This document shows positions 13,064-28,171 of a stretch of DNA of 64,000 bases, in pieces. The DNA is from Psilocybe cubensis. Taxonomy: Eukaryota. Where the stretch lies: contig CM039002.1 in assembly GCA_017499595.2 (NCBI GenBank), positions 3,348,001-3,412,000 of the forward strand. The letters are read 5' to 3'. Each line of letters starts with the position of its first letter. The stretch's first letter is position 1. The notes below the pieces were generated by a model that did no database searches, had not been told where the DNA came from, and saw nothing but the letters and a program-made list of their open reading frames with translations. The position numbers were made by a program, and so were the translations under genes.

Positions 13064-13309
13064 ACGCTATGACGAACGGAAAGAAAAACAATCAAGTTGG
13101 AAACACGCTATTTCCGGAGCGATTCTTTAGGGTAGGTTTCCCGTCCTGAAGTCACGAGTTGGTTAAAAAAACGCCCGTGATGCGGCTGATGTAAGGGGGC
13201 GTTTTTTTAACCAACTCGTGACTTCAGGACGGGAAACCTACCCTAAAGAATCGCTCCGGAAATAGCGTGTTTCTCACCATATGTTTTCTCTTTCCGTTCA
13301 TCATAGCGT
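13064..13309. repeat. Long inverted repeat (hairpin): perfect 77-bp arms with a 20-nt loop, plus imperfect outer arms
   Basis: 13100-13176 is the exact reverse complement of 13197-13273. 13064-13090 pairs imperfectly with about 13282-13309. Confidence 0.97.
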
Positions 13310-13514
13310 CTTATCATAGTAATAGGTTGTGTAGTATCTAAAAATAAATTATCACAAGTTAAGATGATAAATTAAGTGAGATGAACATCGATTAACAGTC
13401 TTTAAGACCCACAATGTCTAGTTATAAACGCAGATGACTTGACAGCCTAGGCAACCGCACAGTGTGTACTAATCCAACCCTCCATCTAATCACTAACTTC
13501 AGGGAAATTTAATT

Positions 13515-15773
13515 ATGATCTCAAAAAATCAGGACATTAATCCCTTCATAGACATTGAAGCAGCGGTTTCCGATGATGATGAAAGTTCGGAAGAGCTTGA
13601 TTATGAAGGGGGCCAACTACGTATGTTCCAATAATTTACATATATTCTGCTCAATATGTACTGATGCTAATGGGTTCTGACATACAGTGAATGATAACGA
13701 TGAATACTCTGAGGATGAGGAACGTGTTGCACACTCTCGGCTATATCATGCCATGCAAAATACAGATAACGCTGATGAATGGAGCGATTTGTTGCCCATG
13801 CTTCTGCCTTCACGCATGAAAATTCGTCCTGACAATGATATAGAGCCATCTAGTTCACGAGAACTTATACAGAAATATGGCAATCCCCAACCAGGAGGAC
13901 TTGGTGATAATAATTATATGCCTTCCGCGACTGATATCATGTATGAAATAGGTTGCAAGGTACGCAAAAATAATATAAGTCTTCAGTCAGCATTTATTGA
14001 TCACCTTACGAGTGATAGGTTGGACGCGAAGAGGCCGTCGCTTTCAAAATTATGCAGATGTCAACGAACCCTACATTTTCCATCATCCTTGCCCGGTCTG
14101 TCTTCGCTCAATCCTCAATTCCTGGGAGAATCTACGTCGAGGCGCCATCAATGCAACATGCGCATACGTTAGCCTGCCTCGTTAGAGAGCTTAATCCGAC
14201 ACATTTAGTTAGGCTATCCTCGGAGAGATGTATGGAGATCCTATCTCATCCCCCACCCTCACGCCCTGAAGACCAATCGTGGGTCAAGGTTGCTGGAAAG
14301 CGTAAGGCTTGGACGACCTACGCAAATGCTACCGGCCTTGTGTTCACATTCCAGGGTCGGAAAAGTGTTGTTCTTATCCCCAGACCTCCGGACAACATCA
14401 AGAAATCGCACCTCGACAGGATATTCCAGGATGGATTTATTATCACGGATTTCGACGCCATCGATCTCAAATATCTTTCCAATGTCCTCCCAACATCGTC
14501 CGAGTTGGAGCAATTTCGCGAGTGTCCATTTGTAACGACGGAGACCTTAGCGCAAGCCTCGAAAGCCATCTCCATGACTCGACTGAAACGATATGATCGA
14601 GTCAAAATTATTGGTGGAGAATACTTAGGTCTTTTTGGAACGGTCAAGAGTGTTTCTGACGCTGAGGTGGAAGTGCACATCCCCTCCCAAGGTATAACAC
14701 AAGCAGTTGCACTACACGATCTACGTGCAGCTTTCCAGATAGGCGATAGTATTGAAGTCGTTGAAGGGGATCACAAAGATCTCCATGGATGGGTGTCAGA
14801 CTTTGATGGAAGATCTGTTTGTATTATCGCCCCAGAGCACGAACGCGAAGTAGGTGAACTGTCATTCTCTTTGTCTCAGTAGTGTTCAACACATTTTTCA
14901 GGTCATTGTGCCCATCCACACAGTCATATTCTACGTCCCCCCTGCCCATGCTACTCTTCGCCCGCGAAAGCGTCATTCGTCAAAGCTTGGAGAAAGAGAC
15001 CACAACGACGTCTATATAGGTTTGAGTGTCATCGTTGTCGGGAATAATACATTCAAGGGGTACTATGGCATCGTTAAAAGCACTACCCCCGACGGCTTTG
15101 CAGACGTTGAGCTGGAAGCTCGTAACCAGAGGGTGGAACGTATTAAAATATCACATTTAATTATACAGTATGTGGTTTCACTTGATTCGTTGACTGTCAG
15201 GTGCTTACTGACATTGTTTCAAGCAACCGAGAACATATAAATTCCGCTCAAGACCCCGGGCCTTCTGGTGGAGCAACTCCAATGCCGTCCACAGTAGCAA
15301 GTTTTCTGTCTCCTGCATGGAATCCGTATTCAGCAATACCTGTACACTCGGCGGTGGAAATCGCAGAACTACCCTCAACCATCGCTCACTGGCTAGATAC
15401 GAAATACGATAAGCTGAAAGGATTACGATTAAAAGTCGTAGACAAATCCAAGGGCGACCATCAAGTGGCGATGGAACTTCTCAGCCTTACCGACGATACT
15501 GCCCACCTAGCATTACTGGGACGTACACTGACATTACCGAAATCAGTGTTGTTTCCAATTCATCCTGTAAAAAAGGACGACTTCGTTACACCGCTTGAGG
15601 GCGATTCAATGGGGATTATATTCAGGATACGATCAATAGACAAGGATATTTGCGTTGTACATAAATATCCCGTTACTCGTATGAAACGCGGTGATACATT
15701 CCCAACTTTTCCGACAACATCTTTGATTCAAATCTTCCCCCCGTCCCGTGGTGTCAAAGTTGTAAATATGTAG
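13515..15773 (+). CDS. Spt5/NusG-like transcription elongation factor paralogue (acidic N-terminus, NGN domain, several KOW motifs)
   Basis: NPFIDIEAAVSDDDE acidic N-terminus. NGN-like YEIGCK|VGREEAVAFKIMQ..SVFAQSSIPGRIYVEA. KOWs: YDRVKIIGGEYLGLFGTV, FQIGDSIEVVEGDHKDLHGWV, IGLSVIVVGNNTFKGYYGIVK..ADVELEA. CTR remnant GGATPMP..SPAWNP. About 5 exons. Shorter and more diverged than canonical SPT5. Confidence 0.82.
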
Positions 15774-15940
15774 GGTGCAGCATTACTTGTATCTCGAACA
15801 CGGACTTGTAGACATATACGGGTTTTATGTCATTCTATTTAAGTGTATTTCGGCAATCAACAGTGCTAATGGTTCGTAATGTGTTGATCGTCTTGAACTT
15901 AAGCCACCACCACCACACCAAATTGTTGCCTATCTTTATC

Positions 15941-16283
15941 ATGAACCATTCCAATAGCAACAACGCTTCGCAACCTCAAAGTCGCCGCCTCCCTAGCATA
16001 CCCGAAGAGGCAGAGTTCTTTGTTTTAGGTCTATTTTCATGTTTTAATCCACCTTCCTCTAGAATCAAGGCATAGAGGCCGTTAAAAAGGCTCTTGACCA
16101 ATTTCAACTCACTGAACAGAGGTGTCTAGAAGTTCAGGCAGAGCTACGTTGTTATATGGACGACATTATGCGAGCATATAAATCCAATGAAGATCTTCTG
16201 TTTGAAACCCAGCTCGAAATCGCCCATCTACGGGTATCCCTCATTAGTCGGGGAATACCTATTCTAATGCACCCTCAGGATAA
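15941..16283 (+). CDS. Small coiled-coil hypothetical protein (2 exons, probable GC-AG intron)
   Basis: MNHSNSNNASQPQSRRLPSIPEE|NQGIEAVKKALDQFQLTEQRCLEVQAELR...LEIAHLRVSLISRGIP..*. Confidence 0.4.
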
Positions 16284-16567
16284 TCCGCGATCATGATAGG
16301 TGCAGTCTTTTCCCCTCTGAGATGTAACTTTACTTAACTCTAAGTAGGACATGGAATCTGACTATAATGTATATGTGATATATTGTAGTAGATAGGGGTA
16401 CTGTTTCAGTACCTGTAATTTCTATATGGCACGATATATTTTTGACTGATGTCCGTCGCCTTAAATTTTGAAAAGAGGCTAATTTCGCATACCTCCGGAT
16501 CGTAGCTTGACATAATTCACCACCCCTTGTCTCTATTTCTGCATTACAACCGTCAAACCAGCCCAAT

Positions 16568-19274
16568 ATGCCACCTAAAGGATCCAAAAAGAAAAAGGCG
16601 GTTGTCAATGCCACGGTTGAAGGTATCATCTATATATCCTCATTACATCCGCATACTTAATGTTTTATCCATCTAGGACAAGAGGTTGAACAGGGTCCGA
16701 GCTCCGTGGCAGAAAACGAGCCACCTCAGGCTCCTGAAGCAGGTCTGTACTAGCATTTTCTTTGTTGAGATTCACTGAACTCCTTATTAAAAAGACCACA
16801 ATGGCCGTCCTATCCGAAGCACCCGTGGTCTTGGTGGAGTAAATGCTCGGCAGGAGAAAACATCTAACATCATTTTTATTGACTTCGAGAAGGCTGGGAA
16901 GAGGAAGTCAAGGGCCGCCAATGTGGATACTAGCGCCATGCCTGAAAATGAGATGGCGCCTCCCTTGAAGAAACCTCGCAATGGGGTGAGTCTACTGTTC
17001 TAATCTTAAATTTGCTATCTTCCAAGCACGTCTAGGTTACCGTTGTGTCGCATGTAGGTCCCCCTATTCAAATGCAACCAAGGCCAACGCCTTCAGTTGC
17101 TCCTTGGGATGTCCAACAAGTCCAACCAAGCCCACGACAATCTCAGGGTGCCCCCCCTCCTGTCCAGATCCAACGTGCAGCTCAGAGAAATCAGGAGCAC
17201 TCAGAGCTTGATCATGCTGTCCAAAGACCCACTGCCCCCATCCAGCGCCCCGCTGCTCCGGTACAACAGCCAGCACATCCTGTCCCGCGCCCCGTACAAC
17301 ATGCAGCACATCCTGTCCCGCGCCCTGTACAACACGCAGCAAATCCTGTTCAGCGTTACGCTGCCCCTGCGGCAGAGAATTCTGTCCAATACTACGATGC
17401 CCCCGTACAACAACCAGTGCATCCTGTAACACAACATGCCCCCGTACAACAGCCAGTGCATCCAGCAGCCTATAACGCCCACCAAGAGGCTAGCATCAGC
17501 CATCAAGACGAGGAGGAGCAACAAGATTACGAAGGCATAGAGCAGGAGGAAGATGAGGAGGAGGAAGAGGGGGATAGTGACGGTGAAAGGCAATCTGAGG
17601 AAGCATCAGGGGACGAATGCATGCAAGGAATTGATGAAGAGAATATTGGGGATGAAGAAGCTCTCCAATATGTCGACGGTGAAGCCTGCTGCCCAGCGTT
17701 GGTTTAACTCCACCTTTATGTTGTGTTTGCTTACCACCTATGTTTGACAGTGGTTGATGAAGTTTCCGATGATGAAGAGGAGAGGAGAGCAAGGGCATTG
17801 CTCCGCCAGCCTTCCCCCCATGTAATCATTTCTCTGCTGTATTTAATGTCTAGCTAATGTATTATTGATATAGGTTGTGGAAGTAGAGGATGTTCTTCAA
17901 GAACACCGTCGTCGTAATCGGGCGAACAAGCCATCTCGCCCTGAGGCATTGCGCAAGGCGGCTGTTTCGCAAGGAGCCGTATCCCAAGGTTTGACAAGGG
18001 AGAACAACGAAGCATCTGACGATGATGAGGTGCTTGGTGAGGCACACATCGCTCATAAGAAGTCCAGTACTTCTTCTGCTAGGGAAGTATCCAAGCATTC
18101 AGTTGCATCCTTTACTGGTTACTGGAAAGATGTGCTCAAAATTGCACGCAAACTGATGTGCCTGTATGTAGTAGAGGAGGTCCCCTTTCCCACTCGGGAA
18201 AATCACTTATTAGTCGCCGATGGATGTGTGAAGATGGCAGTAACCGTGTTTGAAAGAATGAACACGGATAAAGTGTTGCCTGATAGTAAGTTCTGTCTTC
18301 TGTGATTTTAGTTAATTGGTTTACATAACTTTGCAGAGAAAAAAACGCTCCTAGACAGGAATACCGCCGTAACGGTATATTTTTAGCGTGTTCTTTTAAG
18401 GATATCGTACTAACGTGTCTGTTCTCATTAGGCATTTGTCTACGCGTCAACCTTCCGGGGAAGACTGAAGACGATGATCAGACCCCTGGTCAAAAATGCG
18501 TATGGCCTCGAAGTCCCGTCGGAGGTCATCGCCGCGAACCCCAATATGTTTGAAAATCAGATGGGGGAGATCGAATACATCAAGGACAGGGTAGCATATT
18601 GGCTACTCAATGGTAAATACCACCGGGGTGTTGCCAAAACCCGAGTGAGTTCGCCGTCCATTTTACCTGGCTTACCACTCATTGATTTGTTTCCAGTATC
18701 ACGATGTCCCATTTGGACATCCTTTTGTGAAGAAGATCTGTCTGGACTTCTTCTACCATCCTACAAAAGGGGTTGCAGTCCCCATCAAAGGTCTGGAGAC
18801 AAAGACGGATTTCTTCAAGACATCGCTTCCCCACAAAGCATTTGCGCTTGTGGCCAGTTGTGTAGTTCTGATTTCTCTCCTGCTATTGGCACTGCCTTGC
18901 TAACAAGCATTTTGCTGTAGATCCACAACTGTCTTGAGGAGTGGAGGGATGGGATTGACCCTGCAAGAGGTGGTCCGTGTTCGGGTATTGAATTCAAGGG
19001 AGAGGAGTACTCCCTGAGGTATGATGCCTGCATGTTGGTTGCAGCAGAGGCAGAGAAGGATACCTTGAACCAAGGTCCTCGCTTGGCTCGCTTATGTAGG
19101 GAAGTGGCTGAGGAAGGATGGTGTGTATCTTTTTTTATTCATTTCTTTCTTTGCATCATTTAGATCTCCATAATCAGTGCTATTATGAGGCCTACGAAGA
19201 ACCCCCCCAACCCTTATAGGATGACTCTCCATTCTATCCCACAGGAGGAACTAGATTACGGTCCAGAAGGGTAG
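16568..19274 (+). CDS. DUF6532-like transposon-associated protein with Q/P-rich and acidic N-terminal half (multi-exon)
   Basis: Starts MPPKGSKKKK. C-terminal ASTFRGRLKT...PFGHPFVKKICLDFFY...PHKAFALVASC|IHNCLEEWRDG...FKGEEYSLRY resembles the agaricomycete DUF6532 pattern. Confidence 0.6.
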
Positions 19275-19541
19275 TTGGGTGAATGAGCGGGGCAGCTGCC
19301 GGGTGTGGATTAGAAGATACCATATTTAGATCGTCACATATTAATAGTTATGCATCTACTAATAGAAACATGTTTGGTCCGATCCAAACATAGATTATCT
19401 ATTTTTAAAATTGCCCATTTTAGTCAAAAATGGTTCGGTTTTCAGTGTGATATTGGCACTTGCAGGAATAGCCACACAACACTATACAAATGAAAGTGGA
19501 TACTATATATGCCTTTGTACCTATTTGCAGTGTGTTATGAT

Positions 19542-19614
19542 GTGCTACAAATCTGTGGTAGCATGCTACAAATCTGTGGTAGCATGCTACAAATCTGTGG
19601 TAGTATGCTACAAT
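19542..19614. repeat. 21-bp tandem repeat (TGCTACAAATCTGTGGTAGCA), about 3.5 copies
   Basis: Read directly from the sequence. Confidence 0.9.
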
Positions 19615-19814
19615 TTGTATGTCAGTTGTATACAGAGGGGTATGGACCATGGTAAGCATGCTACACGCCGCTACACAGCACTCGCGTTACAATACAGATC
19701 ACTACAGAGTACCATGTCACGTTGGTACCAAGCTACAGGTACATCAGTGTGTGTTACCCAAATGGGACCGTTACTATGGGCACTACAGAATTACGTATCA
19801 CTACGGATCATTAC

Positions 19815-20642
19815 CTACTTGGCCCCGGTATTGCTGATGATGGTTAGGGGGAGCATTGGCAAGGGCATGTTAACAGGCAAGTTAATCATGGGTAACTTGG
19901 AGTTGGCAACCGGCAGTGTGTTTATAGACGAGTGAGCCATGGGAGAGGGATTCATGGGCGAGGGATTCATGGGCGAGGGATTCATGGGCGAGGGAGCCAT
20001 GGGCGAGGGAGCCATGGGCGATGGTCTGATGGACGAGCTGGGCGAGGGATTCATAGACGAGCTGGGTGATGTATCCATGGGCGAGGGATTCATGGGCGAT
20101 GGCTTTGTGGACGAGCTGGGCGAGGGTGCCATGGGTGTGGGATTCATGGGCAATGGTTTTGTAGACGAGCTGGGCGAGGGATTCATAGACGAGCTGGTGT
20201 TTAAGAAAAAGTCTGGCGAGGCATCCATTGGATGGTGGTGTTCAATTGGCGAGGGTGTCTTGGCAGGCATATCTATTGTGGGCGACATATTAAGTATGTC
20301 TTCTGCACGCAGGGAGATAGTAGACGGAGTATGGGTTTCCTCAACCATGGGCGTTTGTGAATTGACTACTTTGGATAGGTTGTTCAACTCATGGCTGGTA
20401 TGTTGTGCAGAGTGGTCCTCGTCGAGATCAATGGGTTCAGCAGATGAGCCTCCGGACCATGATCGACTGAATGCAGCTAGTTTCTCTGACGAGTGTACAG
20501 GTACGTACTCAGCTTCAGAAGCCATGTTCATGGTGATGTTTGGAGACCCCATTTTTTCCAGCCCATCTTCAACAATTTGACAGTTTCCGCACATAGCACT
20601 GTAACATTGTACAGTAACATACGATACAATGAACCTATACAT
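19815..20642 (-). CDS. Hypothetical protein with 15-bp MNPSP/MAPSP repeats (a further 3' exon to about 19670 is possible)
   Basis: 275-aa ORF. Repeats at about 19935-20200 account for the antisense MGEGF ORF. Confidence 0.5.
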   Translation of the reverse strand: MYRFIVSYVTVQCYSAMCGNCQIVEDGLEKMGSPNITMNMASEAEYVPVHSSEKLAAFSRSWSGGSSAEPIDLDEDHSAQHTSHELNNLSKVVNSQTPMVEETHTPSTISLRAEDILNMSPTIDMPAKTPSPIEHHHPMDASPDFFLNTSSSMNPSPSSSTKPLPMNPTPMAPSPSSSTKPSPMNPSPMDTSPSSSMNPSPSSSIRPSPMAPSPMAPSPMNPSPMNPSPMNPSPMAHSSINTLPVANSKLPMINLPVNMPLPMLPLTIISNTGAK

Positions 20643-21052
20643 TGTGATGCATTATACGGATTCAAAGAATTCATTAAAGCAGCGAATATACACTATCCAA
20701 AACAGGGAATTTACAATGTAGCATATAGCGTGGATTCATTGAACAGCAGTAATTAATAGGACTTCTAGCTGACATCTAGTAGGATTGTCGGAATATACAG
20801 TGAGGTCGGGTCTTAGTGTACTCTGCGGAAATTTCTAAGTAGTAATACCGACAATTGATGATCGGGTTTGGCACAGTTGAATATGTGCATACCGCTTGGT
20901 GCTGGAAGTCAAGGGTTCATGTCAACGAGTCAAGTACAATTTCAAACTTGACCTACTAGGGAGTATTGTACTTCACATTACACTCATGTCTGAGGCAAGG
21001 AACAGTGATAATTTGTTTTAAAGAAACTAACTATGTATCACTAGCTATGTAT

Positions 21053-21697
21053 CTACTGCTCCTTCTGCTTTGATATTTCGGATTTCATTTTCTTGTACAT
21101 CATAAAATAATTGCTCTTGTAATTATGGCGCCCTGCAATCCCCTTGAGGGTGTTAGTTGCCCGCTTCTCAAAGATTTGGAATGATTTTCTTTGCATGTCG
21201 GCGACCTTCAACTTCTCCATTTCGGCCATATAAAGGCGGTGAGCAGCGTCGCGATATGAGATGCCAAGTTTTTCTACAAGTGCTTGGACCTCAGCATGTT
21301 GTCGGAGAAGCTCCTTGTCGGTAAGCGGCTGCCAGAAGTGATCATTAGTGTGTGTGAGTGGCGCGGTTTGGATTTTAATGACATACCGGGTCGGGTGGTG
21401 CGTGCAGCGTTCCCGCAATAGTGTTGTAGGTCTGTAAGCGTTCAAGATAGGGATCCTTAGGATGGTAAATACTTTCAATATAAAAATCAATTAAAACTGA
21501 TTACTTACCAGACCGTCAGCATTGGCGATTTCAGTCTTCATTTCCGCTTTTTTGTGATAAGCGGACATTGAATATTCCAGAGAGGGCACCACAAAAAGGG
21601 GGACAAGGTACTTCTTCCCCCCGGGCCCCTCAATAACAGTATAACCACTGGGAACATTGGATTCAACAGTCTGAGGCTTGGGATTGAAATCGGACAT
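21053..21697 (-). CDS. Hypothetical helical protein (3 exons), KDZ-region cargo
   Basis: MSDFNPKP..GKKYLVPLF..ADGL|DPYLERLQTYNTIAGTLHAPPDP|PLTDKELLRQHAEVQALVEKLGISYRDAAHRLYMAE.. joins in frame via GT-AG introns. Confidence 0.7.
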
Positions 21698-21966
21698 GAC
21701 GCGACAGTGGCTTTGGGAGGAAAAGATAGGATGCCTCGAAAAATCACAAGAGATGCCATGATATACCCTTGCACGCCAAGCATTTGCGGAGGCAATCATA
21801 GGTGCACGTCTGGGAACAATCACATGACCTTTCGACTTACAGCGTATCGGGTCAATTCAGAGGTACCGTGCAACTTGTGCAACTTGCTTCTCTCCACATA
21901 CATCCCTGACCCCCCAATCAACACATTTAACACATACTCCACACTCCCCCCTCTTAGCTGTTACAA

Positions 21967-25476
<3,510 letters not shown>

Positions 25477-25592
25477 AATTGTGTAGTGGTTGATTGTGCA
25501 GGCTGGTTTTTTTTGTATCTCTATCAATATATTTTTCCTGCTTGCCCAAACTTTCTTATTGTGAAAACATGATACTAAGATACATAGAATAT

Positions 25593-25965
25593 CTAATGGC
25601 TTCTTTGTCTTTGACGGCGTACCCGCTTTCCAGAGAGAATAAGGTCCTCATCTACCTCTCTATGCTTTCTTCGCACACCTGAACTTTCTGCTTGCTTATC
25701 TGCATGTGCTGGTATATGCAATGATGCCTCGATCTGCCGCGCCTCTTCCAATAAACGTCTTGACTCTTCAGCCTGTGCAATCTCATCGGGAGTGGTTGGC
25801 TTTTTTCTCGGACGTGGTTTGGGTCGGGAAGATTTGTTTTTGTTGGTATGCCGCCCAGGCTCCAGAATACTAACATCAAGCAATCCATTAGTACCAATCA
25901 CTAGAGTTGGTGCTGTGGATGTGGGTGCGGGTGCGGGTGTGGGTGTGGGTGTGGGTGTGGGTGCA

Positions 25966-25996
<31 letters not shown>

Positions 25997-27975
25997 GTGC
26001 ATCTGCGGGTGCGGGTGCGGGTGCGGGTGCGGGTGCGGGTGCGGGTGCGTGTGTGGGTGCGTGTGCGGGTGCGGATGCAGGTGGTGCGGGTACAGGTGCG
26101 GGTGGTGCAGGTGCGGGCGTGGGCGCAGGTGCCGATGCAGGTGCAGGTGGTGTGGGTGCAGGTGCAGGTGGTGCGGGTGCAGGTGGTGTGGGTGTGGGTG
26201 CGGGTGGTGCGGGTGCGGGTGGTGCAGGTGCGGGTGCGGGTGCGGGTGCGGGTGTGTGAATTATAACTTGATTTGCTTGACTTTCATTCAACAAAACTGG
26301 GTCAATATCCTGCATATTGATCTTTGTGTGAGGTGGTGGAGGTGGTGCTTTTGAGGGCGCTTCTACTGGCTGAAAACTATCAAAGGACACCAATTGAGAA
26401 GCACCTTGCATGTCTTCAATGCGGAGTGGTGCAGATTCAAGAGGTGCGGGTTTCGTAGGTGCGGCAGTATTCTTCTTTTTAGCTGCTTTTTTTGGTTTTT
26501 TAGGTGGAACCCGGCGCTTCTCTGCATCAGATTGAAAGTCTTCGTCGGGGTAATTTGTTGGGGTAGTTTCATCCCCCTTCCTAAATTTTTTTACCTTGCG
26601 GAAGCGGAAGACCTGGCTGGGTGGAAATATTTCTTGTCGGGCGTAAATGTGGTCCATGATACGTCGGAGGTCATCTAAACTGACTGAGCGGGGTGCATTA
26701 AGGCGGACCTTTGGGGGTAAATATTCTGGTGAAATAAATGTTGACTGATATTCATGAAGAGCATTAAATGGTGCATGTTTAGAACGGCCATTGGTGGCTA
26801 AAACTACTCAATTGTTAGGCAAAGGTATCCCTTTTGAAGAAAATAATGACTGGCAACTCACAGTAGTTCTGCCCCATATACATACGATACAACTCTTCCA
26901 ACTGTTCCTTGTTGTATTTACTTGCATCAAAGTTGGATGGCAAAAGCGGAAATCCGTCGGGATCTTGGTCAAGGATAGATATTTCAGTAGTGTTTTCATT
27001 GCGGGTCCCATTCCGTATTCTGTCTCTAGCATTTAACAACCCACGAACATATGTAGCAACCATCCTCTTCATTTGGGTGACTTCATCGGGCTTCTGGTCC
27101 TCAAACAGAGTGGAGACAACACCAAGTGTACTAGCAACTTGATCATGACTATCAAATTGGTGAGTGCATGTGTTTGAATGTGGAAAAACATGACTCACAC
27201 TCGGACAGAGAGCTGGCCCGATTCATTGAGCCTTGCAACAAATGTTATATTCATCAAACCCATTTCTGCCCAATGAACAGTAGCAGCCTCATCAAGCCTC
27301 TTAAAAGCATATTTGTTCCCCCTCCTATAAATATTTTAGAGCTAGTGTACTGTTAAATATTAATGACTTACTTTAGTTTCTGCTCGTCCGTATACTCAAC
27401 TGTATTCAATGTTTCCGCTTCCCTATCCAGAGCTCGTTTTTCTTGCGGAGTCATGCGGCTAATAATATTGCCCATCGCACGGGAGCGGGTTTCAAATGCC
27501 AAAGGTGTAGTACTGTCGGCATGTTCAAGTCCAAGGATTGAGGCAATTTCCTTATAGACATCGTCGGGTCGGGTTCGCCATAGCACAGTAGTACGCTTGT
27601 GCTTTTCCCCCTTGAGTTCAGCACCGGTTGGTTGAGGTGCTCTCCAATTATTCCGAATCCAACCAAGTAGCCGCTGGCAGTAATCGGAATTGGTAAATAT
27701 TGTCAGGTAAGTAACCAATAGTAACATACCTTTGCCTCTTTTTGTGCAAATTCCTGAGTTGCAGACAGACGTCTACTTCCTGTCGTAACCCAAATATTAA
27801 ATAGTTTAGGGAGAATCTTGCATACAACCTGTTTGCGTTCAAGATTAGATGTTGCCGCAAAATATTCTTCTTTGAAAGGGTCTATTTCCTTTCTCTCCAG
27901 ACTATTGTACACCCTCTTGCGCCTATCGTGGGTCTGAAAAACATCTAGAACATCTTGCTCATCTATCTCCGACAT
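25593..27975 (-). CDS. Multi-exon hypothetical protein divergent from the KDZ transposase, with a PA/HA-rich C-terminal region and basic tail
   Basis: MSEIDEQDVLDVF..LPKLFNIW..|RLLGWIRNNWR..; ..DGFPLLPSNF..KEQLEELYRMYMGQNY..; FRFRKV; (PA)n; ILSGKRVRRQRQR. Its start is about 200 bp from the transposase ATG. Confidence 0.7.
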
Positions 27976-28171
27976 GTTCTGGGCTGCTTATACCTTTTTA
28001 TGGGGGTGTAAAGAATTCAGCTTAGCTAGAAGGTTTCCCTATTTATATTTTTCAGGCCTGTATGACAAATTTCACAACCTCCATTCAGGAATAAGATCCA
28101 ATCGATTTCATGATAAGGAACCTAAGAGTCTTCACGTTTGTACTTTGTTCTGCTCTTTCTATTCCTTTTCT

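Larger units (their letters stand above)
1..19447. mobile_element. Large Plavaka (CACTA/EnSpm-related) DNA transposon with cargo genes; left end outside the window
   Basis: Contains a Plavaka transposase (4435-7739) and tightly packed non-housekeeping genes. After the last + strand gene the sequence reads ...AAAAATGGTTCGGTTTTCAGTG (ends 19447), whose reverse complement CACTGAAAACCG matches the CACTA/CACTG terminus pattern. The boundary is inferred. Confidence 0.6.

Noticed and set aside
13125-13139. TTTAGGGTAGGTTT within the palindrome arm as a telomeric seed
   Set aside because: A single TTAGGG-like unit is expected by chance; there is no tandem array.
19939-20580. + strand MGEGF-repeat ORF
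   Set aside because: It is the antisense of the MNPSP-repeat gene; the minus frame is longer and has more typical composition.
25792-26354. Gly/Ala-, Val/Arg- and Cys/Gly-rich (metallothionein- or silk-like) ORFs on the + strand
   Set aside because: They are antisense readings of the (PA)n/(HA)n tract of the minus-strand gene 25593-27975.
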